Made by a program: the position numbers and the translations under genes. Positions 1-7,862 of a DNA stretch of 25,212 bases are shown piece by piece. Within the stretch, counting starts at the first letter, position 1; each line of letters starts with the position of its first letter. This DNA is from a virus (Duplodnaviria > Caudoviricetes). The DNA is taken from IMG/VR virus record IMGVR_UViG_3300020043_002997, positions 1 to 25,212 of that record; one strand, given 5' to 3'. Below the pieces are notes generated by a model. That model was not told where the DNA came from. It made no database searches and saw only the letters and a program-made list of their open reading frames with translations.

Positions 1-1381
1 CAGCAAACAATTGCACCATATATAAGCCATTTGCCACACCTGCGCTTTGATAGTTTGAAAACTCATAATACAAAGTTCCGCTTGTTGAGGTATTGCCAAA
101 CGCTGCTTTTTGTGCTGTGTCCGCACTCCTTGTGACTGATGCGCCAAGGGTGGGGATGTAGGAGGTGGGGTAGCTGCCGACTTCAAGCTGTGCGCCCCAA
201 ACATAAACGCCAGTACCAGTGCCAGCATATACAGTGCCATTAGCAGCGTTAACTAAAAACGCATTGTATCTGTTAAATGTTGCCGTTGAAGTGGTAATTG
301 TAAAAGAAATGCGATACCACCCATTCCCATAACTTGTAACGCTTCTTGATGGACTTGTATATCCAGCAGTTGGCGTAGCCATATTAGTAATAAATGCACC
401 AGTTGATGGGTCAAAAATGCCACTATCACCACCGCCTACTGCTGCGTCATCCATTGACAACTGAATCTTCATACCCGAATCCTTTGCTTTAACAAACAAA
501 GAATAAGTGTAGGTAACGGGACTGGCTGCTTTAGCAAAAACATTCAACAATGCGTGAATGTTATTGTCGGTTGTGTCTAAAAATGAATCCGCACTAACAT
601 AACCATCTGGTGAGGTAGCTGTATTGTATGTGGCAGTTGCCAAAGTCAAAGACCCAGACAAGCCGAAACTTTCAGAATAAATGTTTACGTTCGTCCTCTG
701 CGGTTCTAACAACAGCTTACCGCATCCTCCGCCCGTGTAGTCTAATCGGGGGATGTCGGCTGTAATGCCTACGGATACAGCTGCGGTAGTAGTGGGGATG
801 TAGTCGGTTGCTATGTCGCCAGTTTCGGCTTGCCCAAAGGCGAAAGAAATTTGTTCGCCATTGTCCCAGCTAAAGAACGCACCAAGAAACAAAGTGCTGG
901 TTGATGAGTCAGCAACAAATGAATAGGTAAAACGCTGATAAGAGGTCGTGTAGCTAATCGTATTTTGCGGAGCAAGAACCGTTCCGCTATGATTAAAGTT
1001 AATAGTTCCTGCTGATGCTCCCTTTATAAATATTGAAATTGCGTAAGGTGCGCCAACAACAGTGGCAAAATCCTTTGTTATAATAGCGTTCGAGCCATTT
1101 GAACCAGCAAACAATGTTGCAGTCATTCCGCCGTTAGGGTCAACCTGACCACTTGTTGCGCTTGCAATGTTTACTTGTGTCCAAGATGCTTGCGTAAGGT
1201 TTTGCGAATGCGTTAATACATTAGTCCGCACCTTCTCAATCAACCCCTCGGAGTTTACCCTTGTAGCGGTGTCTAATGCTCTTGTAAACGCTAAGTCACC
1301 TGCACCCGAATCAGGGATTTGGCTGTAAAGTTTTGAGGCTTTGTAGCGGTCGGGGATTAATAATAACGATGGGGTAGCCAT
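1..1381 (-). CDS. Fibre/spike-type virion protein, partial (runs off left edge; absent from the ORF track)
   Basis: ATG at 1381; my manual translation found no stop to position 1. It begins MATPSLLIPDRYKASKLYSQIPDSGAGDLAFTRALDTATRVNSEGLIE and contains PRLDYTGGGCGKLLLEPQRTN and GNGWYRISFT...VWGAQLEVGSYPTSYIPT...VTRSAD. Two related beta-rich domains are each bracketed by RTN and YIPT. It is Thr/Ser/Gly rich, as phage fibre and head-spike proteins typically are. Confidence 0.8.
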   Translation of the reverse strand, partial: MATPSLLLIPDRYKASKLYSQIPDSGAGDLAFTRALDTATRVNSEGLIEKVRTNVLTHSQNLTQASWTQVNIASATSGQVDPNGGMTATLFAGSNGSNAIITKDFATVVGAPYAISIFIKGASAGTINFNHSGTVLAPQNTISYTTSYQRFTYSFVADSSTSTLFLGAFFSWDNGEQISFAFGQAETGDIATDYIPTTTAAVSVGITADIPRLDYTGGGCGKLLLEPQRTNVNIYSESFGLSGSLTLATATYNTATSPDGYVSADSFLDTTDNNIHALLNVFAKAASPVTYTYSLFVKAKDSGMKIQLSMDDAAVGGGDSGIFDPSTGAFITNMATPTAGYTSPSRSVTSYGNGWYRISFTITTSTATFNRYNAFLVNAANGTVYAGTGTGVYVWGAQLEVGSYPTSYIPTLGASVTRSADTAQKAAFGNTSTSGTLYYEFSNYQSAGVANGLYMVQLFA

Positions 1382-1393
1382 TTTCTTTTGTCT

Positions 1394-1762
1394 TTAAATA
1401 AGTATGTTCAACATTGCATCAAGGCCGCATTTAGCAGCAATCGGATCTTCAGGGAAAGCACCATCGGCAGTTGCCCGTGCTTGGTATTCATCATAAAATA
1501 TAACCACGCCAATACCTTCGTTTATAGAAGATATAAATGCAGGCACAGTAGTTCCTAACGTAGCTAAAGCAGACTGAGTAGCAGATAGCGTTTCTCCTAC
1601 CATTGCCTTAGGATAAAGGTAGCCAACATAGCTACCGCTCGTAGGGTCGATTAGAGTGGCTACAAGAGCCTTGTATGGCACATACCATTGTCTGCCATCA
1701 GAGTAGTCTAAAGAGATTAATCTGCTGCTTAAATCGTAAGATGTTAAATTACCTAATGCCAT
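1394..1762 (-). CDS. Small virion protein with C-terminal RATADGAFP module
   Basis: 122-aa ORF in the structural operon. The C-terminal YQARATADGAFPEDPIAAKCGLD motif recurs in ORFs 2330..3079 and 13705..15123. Confidence 0.7.
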   Translation of the reverse strand: MALGNLTSYDLSSRLISLDYSDGRQWYVPYKALVATLIDPTSGSYVGYLYPKAMVGETLSATQSALATLGTTVPAFISSINEGIGVVIFYDEYQARATADGAFPEDPIAAKCGLDAMLNILI

Positions 1763-1766
1763 GCTA

Positions 1767-1774
1767 CAAATTTA
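1767..1774 (-). promoter_or_regulatory. Bacteroidota-type -7 promoter element TAAATTTG
   Basis: Matches TAnnTTTG and lies in the intergenic gap, 4 nt upstream of the ATG at 1762. No clear -33 TTG. Confidence 0.6.
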
Positions 1775-1779
1775 GCAAT

Positions 1780-2328
1780 TTAAAACTCGTTAATAATTAC
1801 ATTCAGGTTATCCAAGGTAACCGTAACCGCATGGGTAGAACACTTAACGTAAACTTGGAGAGAATCTCCCGTAGATAAAGGGACAACGCATTGCGTAGGG
1901 ATAGTAGTTTCGTTAGCAGAAGGCATAATGGAAACAAACTCAGAGCAAGGCCATAGCTGCCCATTCTTAAAGAAAGCAACGTGTATCTTTCTGCTAGACT
2001 GCCCCGTTAAAGCAGCAATAGCACTAAGCCTAAAGCTTTTGTTTACGCCAGTATAAGTTACTAATCCAGCTGTATTTACACTAAGTCCATTCCTATCAAA
2101 GCCAACAGTTATGCTAGCAGACAATGGCTGCCATACATCCTGAGTTAAGATAGTGGTAGAGTTAGAGCTAAAGTCGAAGAAGTTAAGAGCAGATGGCTTG
2201 AAGTATTCTTTCAAATCGCCTACGCTTATCTTCCCAGCAGAGATAAATCCTGCGGCATCAACTGCTATTTGTTGGGTATCCGATATGGTCTGTACCGTAG
2301 ATAAATCCCTTATTCTTTTTCTTGACAT
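1780..2328 (-). CDS. Short fibre/decoration protein with C1q/BclA-like C-terminal beta-sandwich
   Basis: The N-terminus KRIRDL...AVD...KISVGDL resembles phage fibre anchor peptides. The C-terminal pattern GLVTYTG...VAFFKNG...VVPLSTGDSLQVYV resembles C1q/TNF-like jelly-roll domains. Confidence 0.6.
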   Translation of the reverse strand: MSRKRIRDLSTVQTISDTQQIAVDAAGFISAGKISVGDLKEYFKPSALNFFDFSSNSTTILTQDVWQPLSASITVGFDRNGLSVNTAGLVTYTGVNKSFRLSAIAALTGQSSRKIHVAFFKNGQLWPCSEFVSIMPSANETTIPTQCVVPLSTGDSLQVYVKCSTHAVTVTLDNLNVIINEF

Positions 2329-2329
2329 T

Positions 2330-3079
2330 TTATAGGTATATTAATGTTGTGGAGGCATCAGAAGCTAAGTTGTTAATAGGGAATGGGATGTCATTGAATG
2401 TATCTATTCCGCATTGCTCAGAGATAGGGTCTACCGGGAAAGCACCATCTGCTGTCGCTCTAAGCGTGTAGGCAGGGTAAATGGCTTGCCAAGTAGCTAA
2501 GTCGTTTTCAGCAAGGAAGTAATCAGCGCAAGGAGGTGTAGTATCCAAGCAAGTGGCATCACCACGAACTTCTATGTTAAGATCAACAGAGATAATGTAC
2601 AGCTCGGTGTCCCAAGCAATGTCTGCTCCATCAAACTCTGAGTTTAAGTTAACCCGTATATCATATTGCACAGAGGCAGCGGTAATGTCTACATAGACTG
2701 CTCCGTAAGCCTGGGCAACTCCCTCGTACATACCAGTAACATTGCTCTTAATCAGAGAAGCTACCTCGTAAGGCTTCTGCCCTTTCCTCTTGCCTATAAC
2801 TACTAAGCGCATAGCAAAGACAGTGTTAAGCAAGTCTTGGCAGCCTATAAAGCCCTCATCTACCAAAGTGGTATTCTCTGCTCCATTGTAGCGGATGTAG
2901 GCAATGCCCTCAGTCCACTCGTAATCGTTTATAACGTGCTTATATTCGCCATTAGAGCAATATACAGCAGGGATAGTGGCATCCCCATCGGGAAGCATCT
3001 CCGCAAAGCCGTAATGCTTAACAAGCTGAAATTGCTTCAGCCTCTCAAATATCTCGCTCGTAATGTCCGTTACTATCAT
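2330..3079 (-). CDS. Putative tail terminator / head-tail joining protein with appended RATADGAFP module
   Basis: Acidic 249-aa protein at the third position downstream of the capsid gene. Function is inferred from gene order only. Confidence 0.5.
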   Translation of the reverse strand: MIVTDITSEIFERLKQFQLVKHYGFAEMLPDGDATIPAVYCSNGEYKHVINDYEWTEGIAYIRYNGAENTTLVDEGFIGCQDLLNTVFAMRLVVIGKRKGQKPYEVASLIKSNVTGMYEGVAQAYGAVYVDITAASVQYDIRVNLNSEFDGADIAWDTELYIISVDLNIEVRGDATCLDTTPPCADYFLAENDLATWQAIYPAYTLRATADGAFPVDPISEQCGIDTFNDIPFPINNLASDASTTLIYL

Positions 3080-3089
3080 ATCCTCAAAG

Positions 3090-3680
3090 TTACGTTATTT
3101 GAGATTTCTTATTGAAGGTGGATACAAACCGCCTAGTGAAGAATACTTCCTCTTCCCTAGTCAAGGCGAATATCTTCTTGCCAAACTTATTCTCGTTCAA
3201 TACAGCCTTCTCAGCAGTCTTAGTGCCTCGGAGTATTGCTGCCCAGCCATATCTTCCAAACTTCCTTAGAGAGCCTATAAATGCCCTCTGCGTTCTTCCG
3301 GTGTATATCAAGTCCACATACTGGCTTTTAAGGTTCTGTATCTGCTTTAACTGCTTGTATCCACCAGGCAACACCATAACGGGAGTAGCCTTCTTGGCGT
3401 TAGGAAACTTAATAAACATAGGGCGAGTGCCACCTCCTTTGTTAGGTCGCTGGCTTTGCTTAAAGGCAGACTTATTAACAAAAGACTTCTTAGAAACTAC
3501 TAATGGCTTGGTAGAATAGTTGCCTATCTTACTTTCATCAGCAGCCTTGCCTTGGATAAAGATGCGAGAAGAAACCTTCATATGCGTAGCCTTAGCTGCC
3601 TCTTCTAAAGACTGCTCTGCTGCCGCTTGTAAGGTATTCTTTTGTCTTTTAAGCTGCGCTATGAATTGCTCAGGGGTCAT
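3090..3680 (-). CDS. Putative neck / tail completion protein
   Basis: Basic 196-aa protein with motifs RIFIQGKAAD, VDLIYTG and NENKFGKKIFALT, typical of virion morphogenesis proteins. It overlaps the upstream stop as ATGA. Confidence 0.55.
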   Translation of the reverse strand: MTPEQFIAQLKRQKNTLQAAAEQSLEEAAKATHMKVSSRIFIQGKAADESKIGNYSTKPLVVSKKSFVNKSAFKQSQRPNKGGGTRPMFIKFPNAKKATPVMVLPGGYKQLKQIQNLKSQYVDLIYTGRTQRAFIGSLRKFGRYGWAAILRGTKTAEKAVLNENKFGKKIFALTREEEVFFTRRFVSTFNKKSQIT

Positions 3681-4678
3681 GGGATTCGGCTTGCCTGCCT
3701 TACTCTCTGCTTACAAGAAAAACATCCACTCTGAGGTAGCTGTGCTGCATCAAAGTATCTCTGCATATAAGCATCGTACTGCGCTTGGTAGTATTCGCCT
3801 AACTCTTGGTTGCGTTCTCTGTTGTAAGAGATAACGCCATTAAGACGCTTAGAGAACTCCATCTCCTTCAAGATAAGCATTCCAGCCTTGTAGAGCAAAG
3901 GATAGCCTAGCTGCCCTATATGAGCGCATAGAAGGCTCTCGAAGCTACAAGCCACTTGGTAGTCTATACTCAAGCCACCAGTCCAGCTTCCACCGCTAAT
4001 GTTCTGCTCAACGATTGCTCCGCCAGTAGGGATTTCGATGGTCCGCTCAAGCATATTGTCATACCAGCGATAGTTCCTTCCGCAGCTTCCGCAGCTATAA
4101 GTAGGGTAAAGTCCAGTCTGAAAAGAAGCAACAGATGTAGCATCGTAAACAACAGCCAAATTGAGCATCTGCCCATTGCTGGTGTATTTCTTATTAGTAA
4201 CTAAACGAATTTGTTTATTAGCAATAGCATTTACCGGGATGGTGTCCAAGATGGTCCCCGTGATAAGATCAACTACCAATACGTTAATCGTAGCTGTAAC
4301 GGGCAATAAAAGCGTAACAGCATTCAGAGATACACTAATGTAGTCTGCTTGGCGGTAACGCATTCCTATGCCTCTATAAACAGCAGAAGCACTCAAAGAG
4401 CGTAAAGACTCAGGGAAATATCCAATCTGTCCGTTCCAAGAGCTTGTAGTGTAGTTCCAGCGGTTGTAGAGGTAAGATAAAGCCTCTGCCTGCATCATAG
4501 TAGCAGCTTGGTCAATCTTCCTCTGAATGAGCGTAAATGCGGTAGAATCCTCGCTGTTTACCCCTGCATTCAAGTCTTGAATAGAGATACCCGTAAGGTC
4601 GTTTATATACAGACCGCTTGAAGGTTCTTGCGCTTCGCACAACCCTCTTATACCTATTACATTATTCCAGCAACTCAT
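3677..4678 (-). CDS. Putative head-tail adaptor/connector
   Basis: 333-aa ORF immediately downstream of the capsid gene, with helical N- and C-terminal parts around a beta-rich insert and several CxxC pairs. Function is inferred from position. Confidence 0.5.
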   Translation of the reverse strand: MSCWNNVIGIRGLCEAQEPSSGLYINDLTGISIQDLNAGVNSEDSTAFTLIQRKIDQAATMMQAEALSYLYNRWNYTTSSWNGQIGYFPESLRSLSASAVYRGIGMRYRQADYISVSLNAVTLLLPVTATINVLVVDLITGTILDTIPVNAIANKQIRLVTNKKYTSNGQMLNLAVVYDATSVASFQTGLYPTYSCGSCGRNYRWYDNMLERTIEIPTGGAIVEQNISGGSWTGGLSIDYQVACSFESLLCAHIGQLGYPLLYKAGMLILKEMEFSKRLNGVISYNRERNQELGEYYQAQYDAYMQRYFDAAQLPQSGCFSCKQRVRQASRIP

Positions 4679-4682
4679 GTCC

Positions 4683-4690
4683 CAAAGTTA
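4683..4690 (-). promoter_or_regulatory. -7 promoter element TAACTTTG
   Basis: Matches TAnnTTTG, lies just after the capsid terminator and 4 nt upstream of the ATG at 4678. Confidence 0.65.
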
Positions 4691-4694
4691 ATAC

Positions 4695-4723
4695 AAAAAA
4701 AAGGGATGCTTTTCAGCACCCCT
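4695..4723 (-). terminator. Intrinsic terminator after the major capsid gene
   Basis: Minus strand reads AGGGGTGCT-GAAA-AGCATCCCT followed by a T-tract. Confidence 0.85.
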
Positions 4724-4744
4724 CTTAATTGCGAACCTTCTAAC

Positions 4745-5779
4745 TTAGTTAGAAACCTTGCCGTTGAAGATGTAGTTAACACCGTTCAACTCATCGGTAG
4801 TCAAGAAGATATCGTCTGGTAGAGTTACAAACTTGTAGCTCAAGCCCATCCAAAACTTCCATGTGTTACAATCCAACTGAGCATAGTAATCGAACTCCAA
4901 GCCAGTCTCAGGGTCTACGATAGTACCCTTTTTGATAGCCTCATCGTCAATTACACGGATACCTTGTGCGCCTTTGAAAGCGTTGTAGCGGAGCATCTGT
5001 ACAGCACCAGGGGCCATGAATGCGAATTCACCAGCACCGAATACAGTGTCAGCCTTAGGCTCGAAGAAGAAGTATGACTGAGCATCGCTCTGCATCATTG
5101 CCTCTAAGTCTACGTTTACAGTAGCGCAGCAATGGCTCTTCAAAGCAGTCATGTACTTCTGGGTCAACTCACCACCGATGATGATAGGACGATCCCATCC
5201 TTCAGCAACCTGGTAAGCGTAAGTTACATCGCTCAAGTAGTCATCCAAGTAAACACCGGTAGTGGTGTTCTTAGTGGCAGTAGTCAACAATGCGCCACCG
5301 CCTACCAATGTACCAAAGTTGGTAGAAAGGAAAGATACAGCCTCAGAGTTGATTGAACGCTTGATAGCTTGCATATGCATAGCTAATTGGCGAGCAACAT
5401 AGTTTTCGTCACTTTCGCAACGTGGAGCGAGTTGGTCTAAAGAGAGAGACCAGCTGCGTGAAGCACCTTCGGTAGGGTCGATGGTGTACAGCTTAGAAGT
5501 CTCACCAAAGGTAGGACCAGCAGCACAAGTAAGTTCAGCAGAGTTTGAAGTATCTGCGTCAGACATACGAGGTTGGTAAACAACTTCAACAGCACGGTAG
5601 TGACCGTTCTTTGAGTCGATTTGGCTCTGCAAAATACCTGCTTCGTTCATCGGAGATGTAACGGCACGCAAGGTGTTAATGAAGCCTGGGAACATTGTAG
5701 GGTCTGCTTTAAAGTAACCCTCGTCAATGCGGCCCTGAATATCAGGGCAAGAAACGAATGAAGAAAATGCGTAAGACAT
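4745..5779 (-). CDS. Major capsid protein
   Basis: 344 aa, downstream of a coiled-coil scaffold gene and followed by a strong terminator. The central helix YVARQLAMHMQAIKRSINSEAV fits an HK97-fold spine helix. Confidence 0.75.
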   Translation of the reverse strand: MSYAFSSFVSCPDIQGRIDEGYFKADPTMFPGFINTLRAVTSPMNEAGILQSQIDSKNGHYRAVEVVYQPRMSDADTSNSAELTCAAGPTFGETSKLYTIDPTEGASRSWSLSLDQLAPRCESDENYVARQLAMHMQAIKRSINSEAVSFLSTNFGTLVGGGALLTTATKNTTTGVYLDDYLSDVTYAYQVAEGWDRPIIIGGELTQKYMTALKSHCCATVNVDLEAMMQSDAQSYFFFEPKADTVFGAGEFAFMAPGAVQMLRYNAFKGAQGIRVIDDEAIKKGTIVDPETGLEFDYYAQLDCNTWKFWMGLSYKFVTLPDDIFLTTDELNGVNYIFNGKVSN

Positions 5780-5805
5780 TGTTAAAAATCAAAGTTTTTG
5801 TTAAA

Positions 5806-5831
5806 CGGCTGTTAACTGCCCAGCCAAGGCA
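5806..5831 (-). promoter_or_regulatory. Predicted H-type RNA pseudoknot in the capsid mRNA leader
   Basis: TGCC-TT-GGCTG-GGCA-GTTAA-CAGCC-G gives S1 TGCC/GGCA and S2 GGCTG/CAGCC. It ends 26 nt before the ATG. Confidence 0.5.
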
Positions 5832-5876
5832 CACTTCGATGTTTAATGTCCATCGAGACACAGCTTTGTCGTGCGA

Positions 5877-6716
5877 TTACTTAGCTTTAGCAGCTGCGAG
5901 TGATTCGAGATGACCTTGCGCCCTAGGGTGAATGTATCGTCTCTGACCTCCGTTGCCTGAGCCAGTATTTGTCTGAACAGATGTGTTAGCTGTTACCGTT
6001 TTAGAACCTGCCTCTCCTGCTTTCTTAATTAATCCAGCTTTGGAGGCTTCAGATTGGAGAATGTCTTCAGGGGTCATATATCCAGTCCCCTTTTCATTCT
6101 TAACCTGATTTCCAGCCTTATCGGTAGCAATCAACTTGCCATCAGACAGCACAAAGTTAAACTTTTCTGCAATATCAATTTCAAAGCCTTTCTTAGCGTA
6201 TTGATTCGCTGAATCAGCCCACTGAATAGAAGACTTCACTTTGTTTAATTCCATATCAGCCATATACGAATTGATACGGTTATTGAAGTCACCCTCGCTC
6301 TCCTTCAGCTTCTTGCCTAAGTCAACAGCAAGGTCTTCTTGCTCTTTGCTGCGCTTCTTAGCTTCTTCCAACTGAGCCTTCAGTTCCTTAATCTCTTCGG
6401 GAGTTTGACCTGGACTCTTAATCTGTGCTTGCAAGTCATCAATCAATCCCTTCTGCTTCGTCTCAGCAATCTCGAAGAGGTCACTAAGCTTCTTGCCTTT
6501 TACTTCGTCTTCAGTAAGTCCAAACTGGCGCTTAAACTTAGTCTCAAGAGTTCCAAGAGTCTTCCCGGTTACCTTGTTGCGGATGTCTTCATCATCGGCA
6601 GCAACCTCACGAGAGACATAACGCTTAGACAGTTCATCCTTAAATGTGTCGAGAGATTCAAACTCTACTTCTTTGTCAAATAGCCATTTGCTAATTTCCT
6701 TGTGATCGATAGCCAT
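5877..6716 (-). CDS. Capsid scaffolding protein
   Basis: K/E-rich coiled coil with a low-complexity Gly/Thr C-terminal tail, directly upstream of the capsid gene. Confidence 0.7.
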   Translation of the reverse strand: MAIDHKEISKWLFDKEVEFESLDTFKDELSKRYVSREVAADDEDIRNKVTGKTLGTLETKFKRQFGLTEDEVKGKKLSDLFEIAETKQKGLIDDLQAQIKSPGQTPEEIKELKAQLEEAKKRSKEQEDLAVDLGKKLKESEGDFNNRINSYMADMELNKVKSSIQWADSANQYAKKGFEIDIAEKFNFVLSDGKLIATDKAGNQVKNEKGTGYMTPEDILQSEASKAGLIKKAGEAGSKTVTANTSVQTNTGSGNGGQRRYIHPRAQGHLESLAAAKAK

Positions 6717-6718
6717 AA

Positions 6719-7000
6719 TTAGTTGTTTGGTGTAATGGTTTGTGTTTTAATCTTCTTTTTTGGAATAACTTCTACTTCAGGTTTCTCTGAGATTAACTCA
6801 TTTACCTCAGGCATTAACTCATTTACCTCAGCCTCAACTACTACTTTGCCAATCTTGGTTTTAGCAATAGGCTGTTGCTCGGAATAGGTTTCATCCTCTA
6901 CTCGGATGCCATACTTTGATAGAAACTTTGCGTTTCTTGCTGTTGCCTCAGAAATAAAAATTACTCCACGAGGACCAACGGCTCTGATTTTTCTGTCCAT
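6719..7000 (-). CDS. Hypothetical head-module protein
   Basis: 93-aa ORF with an A-rich leader (AAAAAACACAAACC-ATG), ending 2 nt before the scaffold start. Confidence 0.7.
   Translation of the reverse strand: MDRKIRAVGPRGVIFISEATARNAKFLSKYGIRVEDETYSEQQPIAKTKIGKVVVEAEVNELMPEVNELISEKPEVEVIPKKKIKTQTITPNN
6792..6831. repeat. Tandem duplication, period 21 nt
   Basis: attaactcatttacctcag occurs at 6792..6810 and 6813..6831 and encodes EVNEL twice. Confidence 0.9.
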
Positions 7001-7016
7001 GGTTTGTGTTTTTTGA

Positions 7017-7046
7017 TAAAGTTAAGTAAGAATATTTGAAAATCAA
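7017..7046 (-). promoter_or_regulatory. Putative promoter of the scaffold-capsid operon
   Basis: TTG-N19-TAACTTTA, one mismatch to the TTG...TAnnTTTG consensus, in the intergenic gap. Confidence 0.55.
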
Positions 7047-7862
7047 CTATCTAACGGGAATAAGCCAGTGCCTACATCTGTATCCGCCTAAGTAAAAGAA
7101 GATAGTTGTCCTTGTTGTATTTGGTATTTTACCTTGCCAAGTGCCAATGTCTGCCCATGACCTAATTGTATCTACATTGTAAACACCGCCATTTCTAGCT
7201 ACGCAGAAGTCTCTCGAATCCTTAATCAATCCACCAGCATATCTAAACTTAGTAAATCCTAATACCCTTGAAAAGGTGCTTACCAAAGACCTGGTGATAG
7301 AAGTGAACAGCGTGTCGGATAAAGTGTTCGCAAACACAAATAACCTGCCTTTACGAACGGAATCTCCTACAACAATCTCCTTAAAGGAGTCTTCCAATAC
7401 AGACCTCGTGCCTGCTCCAGCAATGGCTAGAATCAAAGCATTTTGGATAGGAGAGTAAACAGATGCGTTTATTTGTGTTAGGGACTCAAGGGCAGAACGC
7501 TCAAGGCTGTCTTGCTGCGCTTCAATGGCTTCAATGTCCTCAGGGGATAATTTCTCGCCAATAGACTCGAAGTAGTCTCTAATGAGCTGAAATTGCTCTT
7601 CAAGCTTGTCTCTATAAAAGACTAATGCCTCAAGGTATTTACCGCTGCCCATAACCCTTTCTGCCTCCTGCATAATGCCATTTACAGCAGCGTAGTTCTC
7701 TTGCGAGTTAGCCACCTCATCACCATCATACTTCAGGTTACGCAACAAAAGCAAAAGGAGTGCAAGTAATTCCTCTTGCGACTCCTCCACCTTCTCCATG
7801 AACTCTTCGTTCACAGAGTCTAAATTATCTTGTATCCTGCTTTCTAATTGCTCAGGAGTCAT
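7047..7862 (-). CDS. Minor head protein (SPP1 gp7 / Mu gpF-like)
   Basis: Directly downstream of the portal gene. The C-terminal YAGGLIKDSRDFC...W.GK...GGYRCRH pattern is characteristic of this family. Confidence 0.75.
   Translation of the reverse strand: MTPEQLESRIQDNLDSVNEEFMEKVEESQEELLALLLLLLRNLKYDGDEVANSQENYAAVNGIMQEAERVMGSGKYLEALVFYRDKLEEQFQLIRDYFESIGEKLSPEDIEAIEAQQDSLERSALESLTQINASVYSPIQNALILAIAGAGTRSVLEDSFKEIVVGDSVRKGRLFVFANTLSDTLFTSITRSLVSTFSRVLGFTKFRYAGGLIKDSRDFCVARNGGVYNVDTIRSWADIGTWQGKIPNTTRTTIFFYLGGYRCRHWLIPVR

Noticed and set aside
1-1381. Diversity-generating retroelement target
   Set aside because: No reverse transcriptase and no long template/variable repeat pair with adenine-specific mismatches is visible in the window.
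6792-6831. Tandem repeat as a CRISPR array or regulatory repeat
   Set aside because: Only two copies, no spacers, and it is an in-frame duplication within a coding sequence.
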